Part shown: piece by piece, positions 49,501 through 64,000 of the stretch
Layout: each line of letters begins with the position of its first letter
Numbering within the stretch: the stretch's first letter is position 1
Assembly: GCA_963693365.1 (NCBI GenBank)
Contig: CAVNZM010000003.1
Location: forward strand, 14,540,914 to 14,604,913
DNA length: 64,000 nucleotides
Origin: Amoebidium appalachense
Taxonomy: Eukaryota > Protista > Ichthyosporea
Direction: 5' to 3'
Notes under the pieces: model-generated
The model's database searches: none
The model's input: the letters and a program-made list of their open reading frames with translations, nothing else
What the model was told of the DNA's origin: nothing
Translations under genes and position numbers: made by a program

Positions 49501-49997
49501 AAAATGCTCGTGAACCCACAGAACTCGAGGGTCTGGTGTTGAAAGCAGTCACAGACTCCACCACCGACCACAGTCTACCCACGGCACTCAGACCTAAATG
49601 GGAAGGTCCGTATCGCGTCCTGCGGCGCGTTACCGACGCCCCCATGTCTTACGAAATTCAGCGGGTTGGGTCAACGGACACCGTTCGAGCACACGCACGT
49701 CACTTGAAGCCGTATTTTCCCCGTGACGACGTTGATATGACGCCAGCCGACTCTGGTCCGCAAGATTCACCCACCCCCACCTTCGAAGTGGCAAAAATTA
49801 TTGCCCACAAGTACGACTCGGCAACTGCCCAAGCCCTTTACAAAGTTCGTTGGAAAGGGTACACGGCTAAGAACGACACCTGGGAACCTCACTCCGGCCT
49901 GCAAGACACAGCCGCAGGAGCACTCACAGACTACCTAGGTACTTTGGTGGCCGGCCCTGCCAGCCAGCCCGCACGAAAGAAGCGCCGACGTCGCTAA
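46566..49997 (+). CDS. Gypsy RT-RNaseH-integrase-chromodomain, same frame
   Basis: LRVCIDFR, YLDD, DSDAS..TDH, HHCC zinc motif, integrase D,D,E (SMDI/SDNG/GAVER), GPY, chromodomain FEVAKII..YKVRWKGY..TWEP, terminal RKKRRRR. Confidence 0.95.
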   Translation, partial: RKRTHECTSDGEAATDDDLPFGVKPPEEYDMPGTPPDQRKPLAKRIRKLLKKWKHVFSAHDNDFGLSTLDELSIEVTTTIPQYRRPYNIPHHLRDSLHKQIQNWVEFGVIEPASSPYSAPMVLVAKKDGSLRVCIDFRMLNLITKKDGYPLPRIDMALGMLRGARVFSALDLNGGYHQVKVADNDKEKLAFTTPWGQYQFARAPFGVSNMPAVFSRMMNRVFAGMLWTHVLIYLDDILVMSPTIEEHFGHLDSCFSRLCDAGLKLKGRKCSLFMEEVGYLGHRVCPDGIKVDPEKVAAIKNKSYPQNLSELRSDLGLFSYYRIFVDDFSHTAEPLTRMLGTSKEDSELLKRIHAKMPPSTKPAKRNGSAKQRKDEAKNLHADSAAILATKKKAQKNAAWVWGTEQEKAYDTLKNALINAPVLAHPDFTKPFIVDSDASQYALGAVISQVGDDGKERPIAYASRTLSKSERNYAANKREALGVYWAVCKAFRAYTYGAPFLLRTDHSSLTRILSTGDAPEPVVAGWQMALSAYTYEIQHRAGKHHSNADGLSRPSKENAQPGPEDTELTYPSLIGTVSGSSTVFAVTRSAAATAQAQAATHPPPAEPTKPNTTPPEFIPPKADGRMPTYEQYVSAQKADKHIAKVRAYLEKAPGYELFGNEIAMEASRCTIDNDLVYVWVLEQRGPRKPSKEPRIWVPSTLVRLVLAACHDAPTAGHLDAARTFHRVTQIAWWPRVWQDSVQWVTTCKACQYRKTPRMQKKLRIHDGFIPTYPFQYVSMDITEMPTKSDLRVSLLVFLDLFTRWPEVILFHKTPTAEDVAKAFEDSIYCRHGRPEFLVSDNGANLAAMLVTDVCRVLATKRIFASPYSPQTNGAVERFNRTLKNILATLVQDKHHEWIDYLPQVLFSYRTAYHSSLGDTQFFMLYGRDPVEPPRPPIAASCGMETEEYRRELLQRVQYARQTVTRIMSEAARRSKITANKNAREPTELEGLVLKAVTDSTTDHSLPTALRPKWEGPYRVLRRVTDAPMSYEIQRVGSTDTVRAHARHLKPYFPRDDVDMTPADSGPQDSPTPTFEVAKIIAHKYDSATAQALYKVRWKGYTAKNDTWEPHSGLQDTAAGALTDYLGTLVAGPASQPARKKRRRR

Positions 49998-50670
49998 CTT
50001 CCCTCAGCCTGGTGGTTTACCGTCTCCAGACCATACCACCAGGCTCCCGAGAAGGGGGGAGTGTAAACATCTGTACACGCCGTACATGTTTACTATTACG
50101 AATATACTGTACATATCATAGTGATCACGTAGATATTGTGTACATATGATCAGATCAATATCACACGCGACAGCCGCGGGCTGCGGCTCACGACTGAGGG
50201 CGGCGCCGGCAATATGCAGTGGCCGTGCAGTCAGTATGAACCAATAGAATTCGAGAACCGCTAGGATAGGAATGCAAGTCTCATCCACTACGGAGGCGAC
50301 ATCTATAGCTAAACGAACGGAACCAATAAGGAAATCAGACCCAGTTGCATAAACCTAAACGGGCTTAAGTATTGACCAATCATTTGCCACAAAGTTATCC
50401 TTTTAGTTAGCTTCATGTTATTGGTGCACTGTGTGCACATAAAGACGACCGCACTCTTCTGACTGGTCAGAAGTCACGAAGGCATCAATGCCACCCATCC
50501 AGATGATCCGGAACCTGGGGGCTATATAAACAAGCCGTCCCAGTACGGGGGATCACTCTGAACGAGCACATTAAATAGTAACCTGGCCGCGTGTGCCTTA
50601 CTACCCGTTCTCTGTCTTTATTCTGATTCAGTTGTTCTCTGCCTTATCCCAACTAGTTCAACTGTTTACA

Positions 50671-51330
50671 AGATAGCGAGAGGAAGGATCAGGTTGAAAG
50701 ACGGTAGGCTGAGGACATTCAGAAGTGGCGTTGGTGAATCGGGGGAAAAGAGGGATGGAGGGAGGGGGGGAAAAGAAAGCATAAAAAGGGTGACCATCAG
50801 GTATCCTAACTAAATGAAAACAAAAACGAAGAGACAATTCCTCCATTCAACAAACAGCAGATGACAATCCAAACATGCTAATTAAGGGAGGCACAAAGTT
50901 TAACCGAGTACGAAACAAAGTGCGCAGCGCAGTACCCTGAAAATCGTCGATATCTTTCAGCGCCACGGCCGCCTCGCGAGGTGGGGCGCAGGCCAATAGC
51001 GGAAGTCCATATTCAAAAGTCGGCCGTAAAAAAGTTTTATAGTAGAGAAGAAGGTTCGCAGGATGGATCACAGACTCCCATTGAAACATATTTGACACGA
51101 TGTGAAGCTTACCCTTCGCACGAGCGATCCGTGCCGTGAGGAGCTTGCGGAAATCAATACCCCGTGCAGTAAAAGGAATACCCAAATAGTCATAGGTGCT
51201 CTGAACAGGAATAGGAAGACCGGCCAATCGAAAGGAAGCGTTTTTCGAAAAAGTAGCACACTTTGCAATTCCGACTGTCATGAGATTCTCAGTGCACCAT
51301 TGATCCACCTGACGAACATCAGCAAAGATC
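50671..51330 (-). pseudogene. LINE reverse-transcriptase C-terminal fragment
   Basis: QWC..LMTVGIAKC, YDYLGIPF and YKTFLRPTFEYGL are non-LTR RT thumb-region motifs. Truncated at about 51330. Confidence 0.8.
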
Positions 51331-51471
51331 ACCCCCCATCCGAAACCGGTCCAGTACGACTTTATGACGTCCTATCGTCGTTAAGATATCCAAAAGATAG
51401 GTTAGGACGGGTTTAGGATAACCCGGAATTTCAGGATGGCAAGGCGTCTGAAACACATCCCATTTATACTA

Positions 51472-53502
51472 TCTATGAAAACTACTCCGGGACGTGTGTT
51501 GCCTCTAGGGGGACATCCCCTTGGACGAAAGTGAACCTGCAATGGTTGTAAACCACGGCAAGCCCCCAGTCATCAATTTATTGATCCGTGAGGTCCTTGT
51601 GCCCAAAAAACGGGGGAAGTCTTCGCCCCGTGAAAAAACAGCACGTATGTGGGGATCAATGGGGGTTGAGTGTAGGGTGGAGGTGGGTGGGTGAAAAAGA
51701 AAATATAGCTGTAAAGCTGTAGGTGCTAAACACAGAGGATGTGTTGTTGCTTGATGATCTGCTAAAAACTGTCGTGCTTATATACCTAAGGCTGCCGAAC
51801 TGAGCCAATCAAAACCGATCTAGTGTTATGTGAAATCTTATCCTGAGCCAATCAAACTCGGTCTAGTGATCTGTGGAATCTGATGTTTTGATCGGCTAAT
51901 AGGTGCCCGTATGCGGGCAGCCGAACGCGAACTGCTAAAACATGAAACGAAGCCTGTTGATATCGGACACCCATCCTACGTGTTTACCCAGAAAAATATT
52001 TATGTCAATAATTTCCACAAATAAAACCTCTATGAAAACTACTCCGGGACGTGTGTTGCCTCTAGGGGGACATCCCCTTGGACGAAAGTGAACCTGCAAT
52101 GGTTGTAAACCACGGCACGAGAGCAGTATGCTTGCTCCAAAGGTTTCACTTAAGAATAGAGGCGAATACACGTGTGGTAGTGGCAGCAATGGAGGCCGGA
52201 CGAAGTCGGGTATAGATCAGGAAACAGTCGGAGGACCACCTGCCGAGTTGTTTGATTCGGGAGTCGTCGACCCCGGCCTCAGCCAGTGCTGTGGCCCCCC
52301 CGATGCGGAGGCTGTGTCCGGCAAACCGGGAGGGTGAGAGGCCTGCCCGGGAGAGGAGGGCACGGAAGTCGGCAGAGAAAGCACTCTTGGTGTAGGGGAT
52401 GCCACCGAGACTGAAGAGGGGGTCGTTGGGTTGACCGGACGTTGTATCCAGGAACTGCCGGAGGAGATGGGCTGGGGAGAAGTGGGTGAGGGGCAGGGCA
52501 GCTAGAGTGACGTTGACACCTCGGGCCTGTACATCCGTCTTAGAGGTTGGCAGGTGGAGGGTGGCATGGGACAAAGTACCGGTGGGGGTGTAGGTGAAGG
52601 TCACGTCTTTCCGTTTAACGTGACGGGACGGGTCAAAGGAAGTCAGGGTTTTGGAGGTAAATTCCCCCGAACGGAGGAGACCACAGAAACCGACGATGAG
52701 GGCCGTCCATAGCCGTAGATTAGCCGAGGAGGCCTTGGTGGGGCACTGGCCATGGAGTAGGCTAAGGTGGGAGGGCAGGAGGGGCTCCCTGGTGGATGAT
52801 CGGGGTCGGATGTTGTGAGAAAGCTGCCATCTGCCCACCCCTCGGAAGAACCAGGCCAGAGACTTGTCGTGGGGGTAGGGAGCAGGGAGGCCCATGTCGA
52901 GGTGGAGTCTGGTGATGGCTGAATTGTAGCCGGCCAAGGAAGAGGCCTGTACCCCTCGTTGGGCACACCAGGCGAGAAAAAGCTGCACGGTGTGGGGGGG
53001 AGGCCGGGAGGGAGGGCCCGGCGGAGGATTGCAGCCGAGATGCCACACAAAAATCGATGAACACTTTTTGTACCCTGGAGTAAAAGGCCCGAGAGTCGAG
53101 GTTGAGACTCAGGGCCTGGCATTCCTGCAGGGTAGTGGTGGCACGAAGCAGCTCGGCCGGAGCAAAGTGGGGGGCCAATCGGCCAGCGTTGCTCCGGAAG
53201 GGGAGATCTGGGGGGGGGGGGGGGGGGGGGGGGTGAGCCCAGGGGAAGGGATAGGAACTTGTGGACCCAGAAGGGGAAGGGGCAGGGCTCCGGTTGCAGG
53301 TAAGGTCGGAGTCGTCGGGTCCGGGGAAGTTGGTTACGGAGGAGCTGCGCGGCGAATGATTGGGCTGGGTAGGGGGGCCAGCAGCTCCCGGAGGCGGGAG
53401 GTGTCAACGTGGTGCTGGGGCAGCGGGCGGGCCACCGGGGCTGAGCCTCGGGGGAAGGGGGTGGTTAGCAAGGGTGGGGCACCCTCGGGGAGATCCCGGC
53501 AT

Positions 53503-53540
<38 letters not shown>

Positions 53541-54850
53541 CAGGGCCCCGGGGGGTTAGAGTAGGGCAGCTGGGCCCGAGGGAGGGTTTGCAGGGAGGGC
53601 AGCGGGGCCCTGTGCAGGGGATGCCCGAGCACGCGCGGGTGTGGGCGTACACAGAGTTAGAAGAAGGGAGGGAGCGCTAGGTGAGTGTAAGGGGGGGAGG
53701 CTCGTGGGATGGGGGGGGAGTAAATTTATGTGCAGTGGCCAGAATAACGTCTTTGTGTAGGGACATTTATTCTTGGCGCGCGCGGGCGCCGTAGTTGGCC
53801 TGCGAAAAATGTTACTCAGCCCTAGTGCCCCGTTTTTTCCCGAGCTCCGTGTCCTTGGAGCCGTGTAACCTAGCTCCTAGCCCCTATGTTCTATCTGTGG
53901 GTGTGGGTGTGCGCGTAGACTAGGCATTGTGCTTGCAGTCTTTGCGGGGGTGTGTGCCAGAGCAGAGCGGGCACACGTGGGAGAAGGGGCAGGGCTGCTT
54001 AGCGCAGGACCGACCGTTGTGGAAATTCCTGCAGTGTGTTGCGGGTAGATCCACGGGTCGAGCCGGTGGTGCCGGGCCGGGTTGCGGGCCGGGTCGGTTG
54101 GGGGTTTGTCCCCCGCCGGGCTTGTGGGGGGGCTCGAAACCATCAAGACCACAGCCGGGCTTGGGGTACATGGGGCAGGCCGCGCTGGGGTGGTCGGGGA
54201 AGCCGCAACGCTGACATGCGTCCGGGATGAGCAGAGTGGGTGGCAGGAGGAGATCCTGGTGGAGTTGGGCGAGCAGGTTGGGACACTCGATCGGAGCCCG
54301 ACCCTGTTGGTGGGCAACGGTTCGGGCGTATACGTCATAGTTGTGGATCTGGGCCCACGGGTATCGGGTGCTGAGGCGAGTGATGCGTTGGTCAGCCTGT
54401 GGCGGAGGTCGCTGCGGGTCAGGCGCTTAGGTGCCGCGGTAGGGGCGGCGGCTGAGGCCTGGCGCTTTTTCGGCGGCATGCTGACCGGCGTAGGGAAAGA
54501 TAGGGAGAAGAAATGAAAAAGAAAATATAGCTGTAAAGCTGTAGGTGCTAAACACAGAGGATGTGTTGTTGCTTGCTGATCTGCTAAAAACTGTCGTGCT
54601 TATATACCTAAGGCTGCCGAACTGAGCCAATCAAAACCGATCTAGTGTTATGTGAAATCTTATCCTGAGCCAATCAAACTCGGTCTAGTGATCTGTGGAA
54701 TCTGATGTTTTGATCGGCTAATAGGTGCCCGTATGCGGGCAGCCGAACGCGAACTGCTAAAACATGAAACGAAGCCTGTTGATATCGGACACCCATCCTA
54801 CGTGTTTACCCAGAAAAATATTTATGTCAATAATTTCCACAAATAAAACC
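51472..54850 (-). mobile_element. Ngaro-type YR retroelement, internally deleted, copy 2 (same deletions as 26940-30373)
   Basis: B2 51472-51560, A2 ~51692-52028, B1 52029-52117, A1 ~54514-54850. Same junctions ggttacg|gaggagctgc and gagtgatg|cgttggtc as copy 1. Confidence 0.93.
52146..53200 (-). CDS. Tyrosine recombinase of derivative copy 2; catalytic domain intact, one shift in a G run near 52995
   Basis: ORF 52146..53048 has LLRSGE, SKTD, HSLRIGGAT, GRW and Y. The N-terminal part lies in ORF 52762..53178. Confidence 0.8.
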
Positions 54851-57340
54851 AATACGTCTGGCACGGATTCAAGACATTGGACATCTGCAAGACGTAGTAA
54901 AGTCGTCTGACAAGATGTCATACAGACACCTGGAAGTGCACTTATACCCATCAGCACAAGTCCGGATGTCCTTAACCCCCCATTAAATTGTCCGATGGGT
55001 TGCGGATGCATGCGGGATATATGAAAGACGTCTTTCGGGTTTTCATGTCTTTTACTTCTTAATGATATCTTGGACGGATTGAGGACATATTTTTATCATC
55101 CCGGAACATGGGGTAGTTGACAGATGTCCTAAAGACGTCTGCACTCACTCTACAGGATGTCTATGAGAGATACCGATACATATTATATAGATGTGTGTAA
55201 GATGCATTATACACGCAAGTAAGTTGACATAAGGCGCTCGTGGGATGGGCGTAGAGATATGTTAAAGATATACTGCGGAGATCTTAGTACAATCTTTATC
55301 CTCTCTTAATCCCGTATGTACCATGCAACATGTGCGAAACGAACTGATTGCGTTAGGATGTCGTCAGGATATATCACAGCTAGGCAATGGATCATCTAAG
55401 GAGATCTTTGGAGAGTTCTTTTGTAGCGCTATTGGCCATCCAAATTATATCTTCAAGACAGGCCATGTCTGTGCATGTGATATGCTAACGCAATTTTAGG
55501 CAAGTATTGGTGATACCTTTCTGCGATCTTCACGCCCTATTTGGGGTAGCTTAAAGATGTTCAGAGTTGCAATTATAGGTATTGTGTTAGGATTACTTTA
55601 GGACCTCTTTAAGGGTTTAATGGGATCGATTTAGATGATCTTTAAGTGTTCCCTGGGATAGAAAAGCAAAGCACGTATCGCTATCCTCCATCAGCAATCT
55701 TGCACGAACATCCAAAACACATCCAACCCATCTAGGATATGCAACTGTATATTAATGGATACCTGTTGGATATACAAACGATATGTAGGATGGTTTCGGT
55801 CGAACATATCAATACCATCCACTGGATATATACATGTCAATTTCATCCTGACCTCCAACCGATGTCCAATATATATGTAGTTGCATGCTTAGATAGTGAT
55901 CAAGATATTGCACCCCTATTAGATATCACATATGGATATCCATGCTGTACCTCCATTGAGCATCGTTGTGATATCACATATCTGGATATGCAATCAATGC
56001 TTATATGGATACATAATTGCACCTATAATGGCCATTAAATACACATTAGATGCATATGAATGCAGACATCAAACGCCATCTGGTTGGTTCGGCATGTATT
56101 GGATATTAGACAGATGCCCACAATGGATATCGACGCTGGATATCCAATGATGGAATTTCAACTGCATTCCTCCGTTGGATAGCTATATGTATATAAAACA
56201 TTCTGGACATCCATTTGGATGATTAGCTGTATATTAGACTGGATCGGTAACAACATATCCAATATATGACTGACAAGGATATCTGATCAAAATCCCCATA
56301 CAGATATCATGATATCCCTGTAGCAAGACATGCAATACACCTAACAAGTATATCCAATGGCGGTCTATAGTGGATGTCCATATTGGATATCCATTACGAT
56401 ATCCAGATGGATCGCTATTACATGTGCACTTGACCCCAACGCTAATGAACAATGCATGCCCATATTGGATACGTACAATGGATATCCATTCCGATATCCA
56501 GATACATACGCATTTGCTTGTCCACTAGACCCTCCTATAATAACCAAAGCATGACGATTCCACATATCCAATTAGATCACCAAATATGTCTCTGACGGTT
56601 ATCCATATACACCCTCACGCTGATGTCCAATAGACAATCATACTAAGACACAATGGATAGCTATACTGGTTATCTAGGCTCAACATCCATACAGATATCT
56701 TGATACACCTGCATTTGCCCATCCACTAGACCCTAATACTAATATCCAATGCATGACGAAAATACATATCACATAGACACCCATACCGATCTCCAACGGC
56801 TATCCATATGCACCCCTGCTTACCCATCCAATATATGTCGATATACATATACAATGCATCACCATTCAAAATATCTAAGCTTAATATCCAACATGATATG
56901 CGGATACATATACACCTACATATGCACTAGGCACCTATGTTGATACCTAATGCATGAAAAACAAACATATCAAAGTAGATACCCAACCTAATGCCTAACA
57001 CTTTTGGGATATCCATTTACACCCGTATCTAATACTCAAATTTCACTATAACAGCTATCTGGGTTGATACCCATACAGATAGCCAGATACATCTGTAGCT
57101 ACATGTCTAGGGTATATCCACTGGATTAATTGCATAATTTTGGTACTGTATATCTGCAGCATATCTATTAGGGTGTATTTGATATGTAATAAGGCATTTC
57201 CGGATAAACATTATACATCTTTACCGATCCATCGCATAACCATATGATGGCTAATGACCACCATTGATAAATAATTTATGTCTGGTCTTATATCTATCAC
57301 ATAAGTAATATTTATCCACGGCACAAAGTTACACAACCAC
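54851..57340. repeat. Degenerate array of GACGTC/GGACAT then GATATC/GGATAT/ATCCAT motifs; probable subterminal region of a large DNA transposon
   Basis: Non-coding and dense in short palindromic motifs in both orientations. The same texture starts at about 51330, before the Ngaro insertion. Confidence 0.5.
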
Positions 57341-57427
57341 GTTATACTCGGTTCCACAAATCAAGGGGAAGAAATAGATTTACACATGAGGCACACATAC
57401 ACACACACACCCACACACACACACCCA

Positions 57428-57465
<38 letters not shown>

Positions 57466-57493
57466 GTCACCCACAAACACACACACACATGAG

Positions 57494-57570
<77 letters not shown>

Positions 57571-57934
57571 GGGGGGGGGGGGGGGTAACATTAAAAAAAA
57601 ATTACCTTGCATGATAACGTCGTCCTCGGTGTCCCTGAGGTAGTCTTCTTCTCCATCATCAGTCTGAGGGAATGGGATCCCTACATCCTCCCCCTCCACC
57701 GCCTCCAACAGCTCCTCCAAAGAAACATCGGGGGCCTCGTCTTCCACAATTAAATTGGCCCCCCTCTCCTCCTCCAGACCCATGACGATGGTCCTACGCA
57801 AATCCAGGGCATCCCAACGCCGTACCTTGGTTGCTACCTGAGAAAGCAGAAAGCAACAGAACGTGTGCGAGAATGTGGGACCTATACACACAGTACATAC
57901 ACACAACGCCTGAGGGGACTAAAAAGGATTCATA

Positions 57935-57973
<39 letters not shown>

Positions 57974-58041
57974 AGCACTGTGTCACACACACACACACAC
58001 ACACTGGCACACACACACACACACACACACACAACCACGAG

Positions 58042-58101
<60 letters not shown>

Positions 58102-58102
58102 C

Positions 58103-58135
<33 letters not shown>

Positions 58136-58194
58136 ACAACACGAGGCACACACACTCCACACACACACACACACAAACACGAGGCACACACACA

Positions 58195-58244
<50 letters not shown>

Positions 58245-58527
58245 ACACACACACACACACACACACACACAACCACGAGGCACACACACACACACACACA
58301 CACACATACAAGCACCGTGACGAGGCACACACACACACACACACACAAGCACGAGGCACACACACACAAGCACCGTGACGAGGCACACACACACACACAC
58401 ACACAAGCACGAGGCACACACACACAAGCACCGTGACGAGGCACACACACACACACACACACAAGCACGAGGCACACACACACAAGCACCGTGACGAGGC
58501 GCACACACACACATACACAAGCACGAG

Positions 58528-58596
<69 letters not shown>

Positions 58597-58625
58597 CGAG
58601 GCACACACACACATACACACATTCT

Positions 58626-58679
<54 letters not shown>

Positions 58680-58715
58680 AACACGAGGCACACACACACA
58701 TACACACATTCTGGG

Positions 58716-58759
<44 letters not shown>

Positions 58760-58921
58760 CACAGACACACACACACACACACACACATACACACACACAC
58801 ACATACACACACAAGCACCATGACGAGGCACACACACACACACACACACAAGCACGAGGCACACACACACAAGCACCGTGACGAGGCACACACACACACA
58901 CACACAAGCACGAGGCACACA

Positions 58922-58964
<43 letters not shown>

Positions 58965-59208
58965 CGAGGCACACACACACACACACCCACACACACACAC
59001 ACACACACACAGACACAGACACACACACAGACACAGACACACACACACACACCCACACACATACACACACACACACACATACACACACACACACATACAC
59101 ACACAAGCACCGTGACGAGGCACACACACACACACACACACACAAGCACGAGGCACACACACACAAGCACCGTGACGAGGCACACACACACACACACACA
59201 AGCACGAG

Positions 59209-59250
<42 letters not shown>

Positions 59251-59531
59251 GCACACACACACACACACACACACAACCACGAGGCACACACACACACACA
59301 CACACACACACAACCACCGTGACGAGGCACACACACACACACACACACAAGCACGAGGCACACACACACAACCACCGTGACGAGGCACACACACACACAC
59401 ACACACAAGCACGAGGCACACACACACAAGCACCGTGACGAGGCACACACACACACACACACACACAAGCACGAGGCACACACACACAAGCACCGTGACG
59501 AGGCGCACACACACACACACACAAGCACGAG

Positions 59532-59605
<74 letters not shown>

Positions 59606-59687
59606 ACATTCTGGGACACACACACACACACACACGCACACACACACAAACACAAACACGAGGCACACACACACATACACACATTCT

Positions 59688-59733
<46 letters not shown>

Positions 59734-59905
59734 CACAGACACACACACACATACACACACACACACACATACACACACACACACATACACACACAAGCAC
59801 CGTGACGAGGCACACACACACACACACACACACAAGCACGAGGCACACACACACAAGCACCGTGACGAGGCACACACACACACACACACAAGCACGAGGC
59901 ACACA

Positions 59906-59954
<49 letters not shown>

Positions 59955-60212
59955 CGAGGCACACACACACACACACAAACACGAGGCACACACACACACA
60001 CACCACACACACACACACACACACAGACACAGACACACACACACACACACACACAGACACACACACACACATACACACACACACACATACACACACAAGC
60101 ACCGTGACGAGGCACACACACACACACACAAGCACGAGGCACACACACACACACACACACACACACGCGCGCGCGCGCCCACACACACACAAACACAAAC
60201 ACACACACATAC
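57935..60212. repeat. Punctuated (CA)n compound satellite filling a transposase intron
   Basis: (CA)n interrupted by recurring words ACGAGG, AAGCACCGTGACGAGG, ATTCTGGG and ACTGG. Confidence 0.9.
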
Positions 60213-60332
60213 CTGCAACATGAACGTACGGTTCTTGTTTGTCCTGCAATGGTCCCCGGCATGGAATTTGCTTGACTTGAGGTCGTTCTCAGATGAACCA
60301 TGAAAGCAGTTGTACGCAGACTTGGCCATACT

Positions 60333-60374
<42 letters not shown>

Positions 60375-60625
60375 TGGTGTCAACCGTGGCACTGGATATC
60401 CATTTGAGCATACTCTATACGGGTAATTGTTCCCAAAACCATATGCATTGTAGCTTTAATTGTACATTAGGATGATTGATCTCCTTTGTATATCCTGTTG
60501 GTTATGTAGTGTATGTACGTTGGACATGTAAGGATATTTATATAGATATAACACGTGATCACCATTGGCCATCGAATCTATGTCCATTTGATTCTGTGTT
60601 CCTGCAGCTGGCAATGTGTGTGCCT

Positions 60626-63163
<2,538 letters not shown>

Positions 63164-63189
63164 GTGTGTGTGTGTGTGTGTGTGTGCCT

Positions 63190-63268
<79 letters not shown>

Positions 63269-63273
63269 CTCTC

Positions 63274-63364
<91 letters not shown>

Positions 63365-63380
63365 GAATGTTTGTGTGTGT

Positions 63381-63419
<39 letters not shown>

Positions 63420-63435
63420 CTTCGTGTGTGTGCCT

Positions 63436-63472
<37 letters not shown>

Positions 63473-63486
63473 GTGTGTGTGCCTCG

Positions 63487-63517
<31 letters not shown>

Positions 63518-64000
63518 CCCAGAATGTTTGTGTGTTTGTGTGTGTGTGTTTGTTGGTGGGGGGGGGGAGGGGGGGAGGGTGGGGGGGGGAGGGGGGGGGG
63601 AGGAAAAGGGGAAGGGTGAGGGGGGGGGGACCACCTTCATAATATCTCTGTACTCGTTCGCACGAAGAAACGTGAGGTCGGAAACGGTGCTGCTGAAGTG
63701 ACGAAAGCTGCTATAACGTGGCATGTTGCTGAATCGACAGTCAAACTCCCGTATGACGTCCTTTGCAGCGGTGTCTGCTGCTAGGCCCACCGTTCATGTC
63801 CTCGCATACCTTCTTCACGTACAGTTTATATTCAATTAGGAGCTGCTTAAATACACCACTGTCTACCTGGTGCATACGTTCGATTGGGACACCCCATATC
63901 CACAGAAAGCCTGGGAACCCCGGGCACGCATTCTCCCAGAAGTCCTGCATGGAAGCCATCTTGAGTAACTGTGTAGCTGCTGCTTTGTCCCCGGGAACAC

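Larger units (their letters stand above)
42433..50670 (+). mobile_element. Full-length chromodomain-bearing Ty3/Gypsy LTR retrotransposon, recent
   Basis: LTRs at 42433-43042 and 50062-50670 are almost identical. TSD AGATA. PBS TGGCGACCGCGCAG, resembling tRNA-Arg-primed elements (inference). PPT GAGAAGGGGGGAG. Confidence 0.97.

Noticed and set aside
57831-60392. Very long His-Thr and Cys-Val ORFs (up to 820 aa), and similar ORFs across 1-13 kb and 60-64 kb
   Set aside because: These are translations of (CA)n/(GT)n and poly-G/poly-C tracts, open in most frames only because the repeats lack stops.

Overview
Eukaryotic, repeat-saturated window rich in (CA)n/(GT)n and poly-G/poly-C tracts. The mix of elements would fit an ichthyosporean-like protist, but that is inference only. 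1-13.6 kb holds a decayed minus-strand multi-exon locus with several diverged copies of an unrecognised ~180-200 aa domain. The rest is a nest of transposable elements: a non-autonomous hAT element; a young Copia LTR element (CCATG TSD) plus a solo LTR; a BTB-BACK pseudogene; and three Ngaro-type tyrosine-recombinase (YR) retroelements with split direct repeats, one complete and two sharing identical deletions that remove RT/RNaseH but keep YR. It also holds a young chromodomain-bearing Gypsy element whose gag, pro and pol lie in one frame separated by two in-frame stops, a non-autonomous relative of it carrying a tRNA-derived SINE, a fragmented LINE, and an intron-containing Plavaka-type transposase remnant. 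Finally, an element with 482-bp non-TG..CA direct repeats sits inside a (GT)n microsatellite. The best leads are the RT-less, YR-retaining Ngaro family, the possible double-readthrough Gypsy, the Ngaro bridging ORF, the microsatellite-inserted direct-repeat element and a shared structured 3' RNA module. All family assignments come from motif recognition by eye; no searches were run.
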